From an uncultured delta proteobacterium (GTDB taxonomy: Bacteria; Desulfobacterota; Desulfomonilia; Desulfomonilales; Desulfomonilaceae), in NCBI GenBank assembly GCA_963789265.1, contig CAWBKB010000001.1, forward strand, positions 480,001 through 544,000: a stretch of 64,000 nucleotides of DNA, read 5' to 3'. The translations under genes were made by a program, and so were the position numbers. The notes under the pieces were generated by a model. The model did not search any database and was not told the origin of the DNA. It was given only the letters and a program-made list of their open reading frames with translations. Shown here piece after piece: positions 63,341 to 64,000 of this stretch (the first letter of the stretch is position 1; the number at the start of each line of letters is the position of its first letter).

Positions 63341-63527
63341 GAAGGTGTCTCAAAACACGAAATCCTCCCACCCTATCCCTCGCCCTTTGGGAGAGGGGAG
63401 ACTCTGATAGCTGCTTTGGTACAGCTCCTTCTCCCTATGGGAGAGGGTTGGGGGGAGGGCAAGAACTTACGAATCAGGCCCAAGCGTGGCACGATTTTAG
63501 TCATCAAAATAGTTTTGAGACGGTTTC
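63341..63527 (-). mobile_element. IS1182-related MITE, copy 6 (187 bp, no TSD)
   Basis: gaaggtgtctcaaaa ... ttttgagacggtttc with the same internal hairpins. Confidence 0.72.
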
Positions 63528-63664
63528 TGTTCGGCTGTCTTCACCTGTAAACCATTATCTTGCCGTCTATCCGACCTTGGGGGCACCGCAGCCGGCGCCC
63601 CCTAAGAAAAGCAGTTTTCTGGTTAGTTAGTTTTTTTGTCGTGTCTTACGCACAAACCAGGCTA

Positions 63665-64000
63665 TTACTTGTGTGTCGACTGATCGGTTTGTTTCCAGAT
63701 CGGGTCCCCACCTTTTGCCATTATCCGTTTTGCCCAATCCGATTCGATCAGATTGTATACGTTGACGGGGATCGGCACGTAATGGAGTTCAGAGGCCATT
63801 GGAGTCCCGTGCTTATAGCACCAGTCGAAATACTTCAACATGGCTAAAGCTTTCGCCTTGTCCGGCTGTTCCTTGTACAGGAGAATGTATGACGCACCGG
63901 TGATAGGCCAGCTCTTTTCACCAGGCTGATCGGTAAGCACCATGTAAAATCCCGGGGCATTCTTCCAATCCGCGCTAGCGGCCGCAGCCTGGAACGCCTC
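63665..64000 (-). CDS. pstS: Phosphate ABC transporter substrate-binding protein, 3' part
   Basis: FQAAAASADW...GFY.VLTDQPG..SWPITGASYIL...FDW.YKHG...L.YVP.P. Confidence 0.9.
   Translation of the reverse strand, partial: EAFQAAAASADWKNAPGFYMVLTDQPGEKSWPITGASYILLYKEQPDKAKALAMLKYFDWCYKHGTPMASELHYVPIPVNVYNLIESDWAKRIMAKGGDPIWKQTDQSTHK

Noticed and set aside
9875..63527. CRISPR array or integron attC cassettes from recurring palindromes
   Set aside because: Copies are dispersed, in both orientations, with no regular spacers, cas genes or integrase.

Overview
Bacterial chromosomal window, probably from an anaerobic deltaproteobacterium; the gene content and repeat style suggest a Desulfomonile-like organism (inference). 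The left ~47 kb is mostly housekeeping and metabolic: ugd, scpB, a glucosylglycerate-synthase-like glycosyltransferase, hflKC, LysM-dprA-topA, glgX, a BrnT-type TA pair, a PpiC PPIase, mobA, nfnAB, an acyl-CoA synthetase, sensor kinases, and an IclR-molybdoenzyme-ferredoxin operon. Several genes in the first 28 kb carry single-base frameshifts that look like assembly errors. Intergenic DNA is rich in REP-like palindromes. It also holds six ~209-bp MITE-like elements that share terminal inverted repeats with an intact IS1182-family element; four of them sit in the loops of REP hairpins with 4-bp duplications. The standout is a minus-strand RiPP-like cluster at 50.6-55.2 kb. A 117-aa precursor with a twin-arginine leader and four (C/R)RVWGN repeats is followed by a radical SAM/SPASM enzyme, a SPASM-like protein lacking the SAM motif, and a fusion of two radical SAM domains. 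No peptidase or ABC exporter is adjacent. Nearby are an orphan reverse transcriptase fragment, an inverse-autotransporter-type beta domain, a Cys/Trp repeat secreted protein and a small Gly/Ala-rich peptide. No rRNA, tRNA or CRISPR array was recognised.
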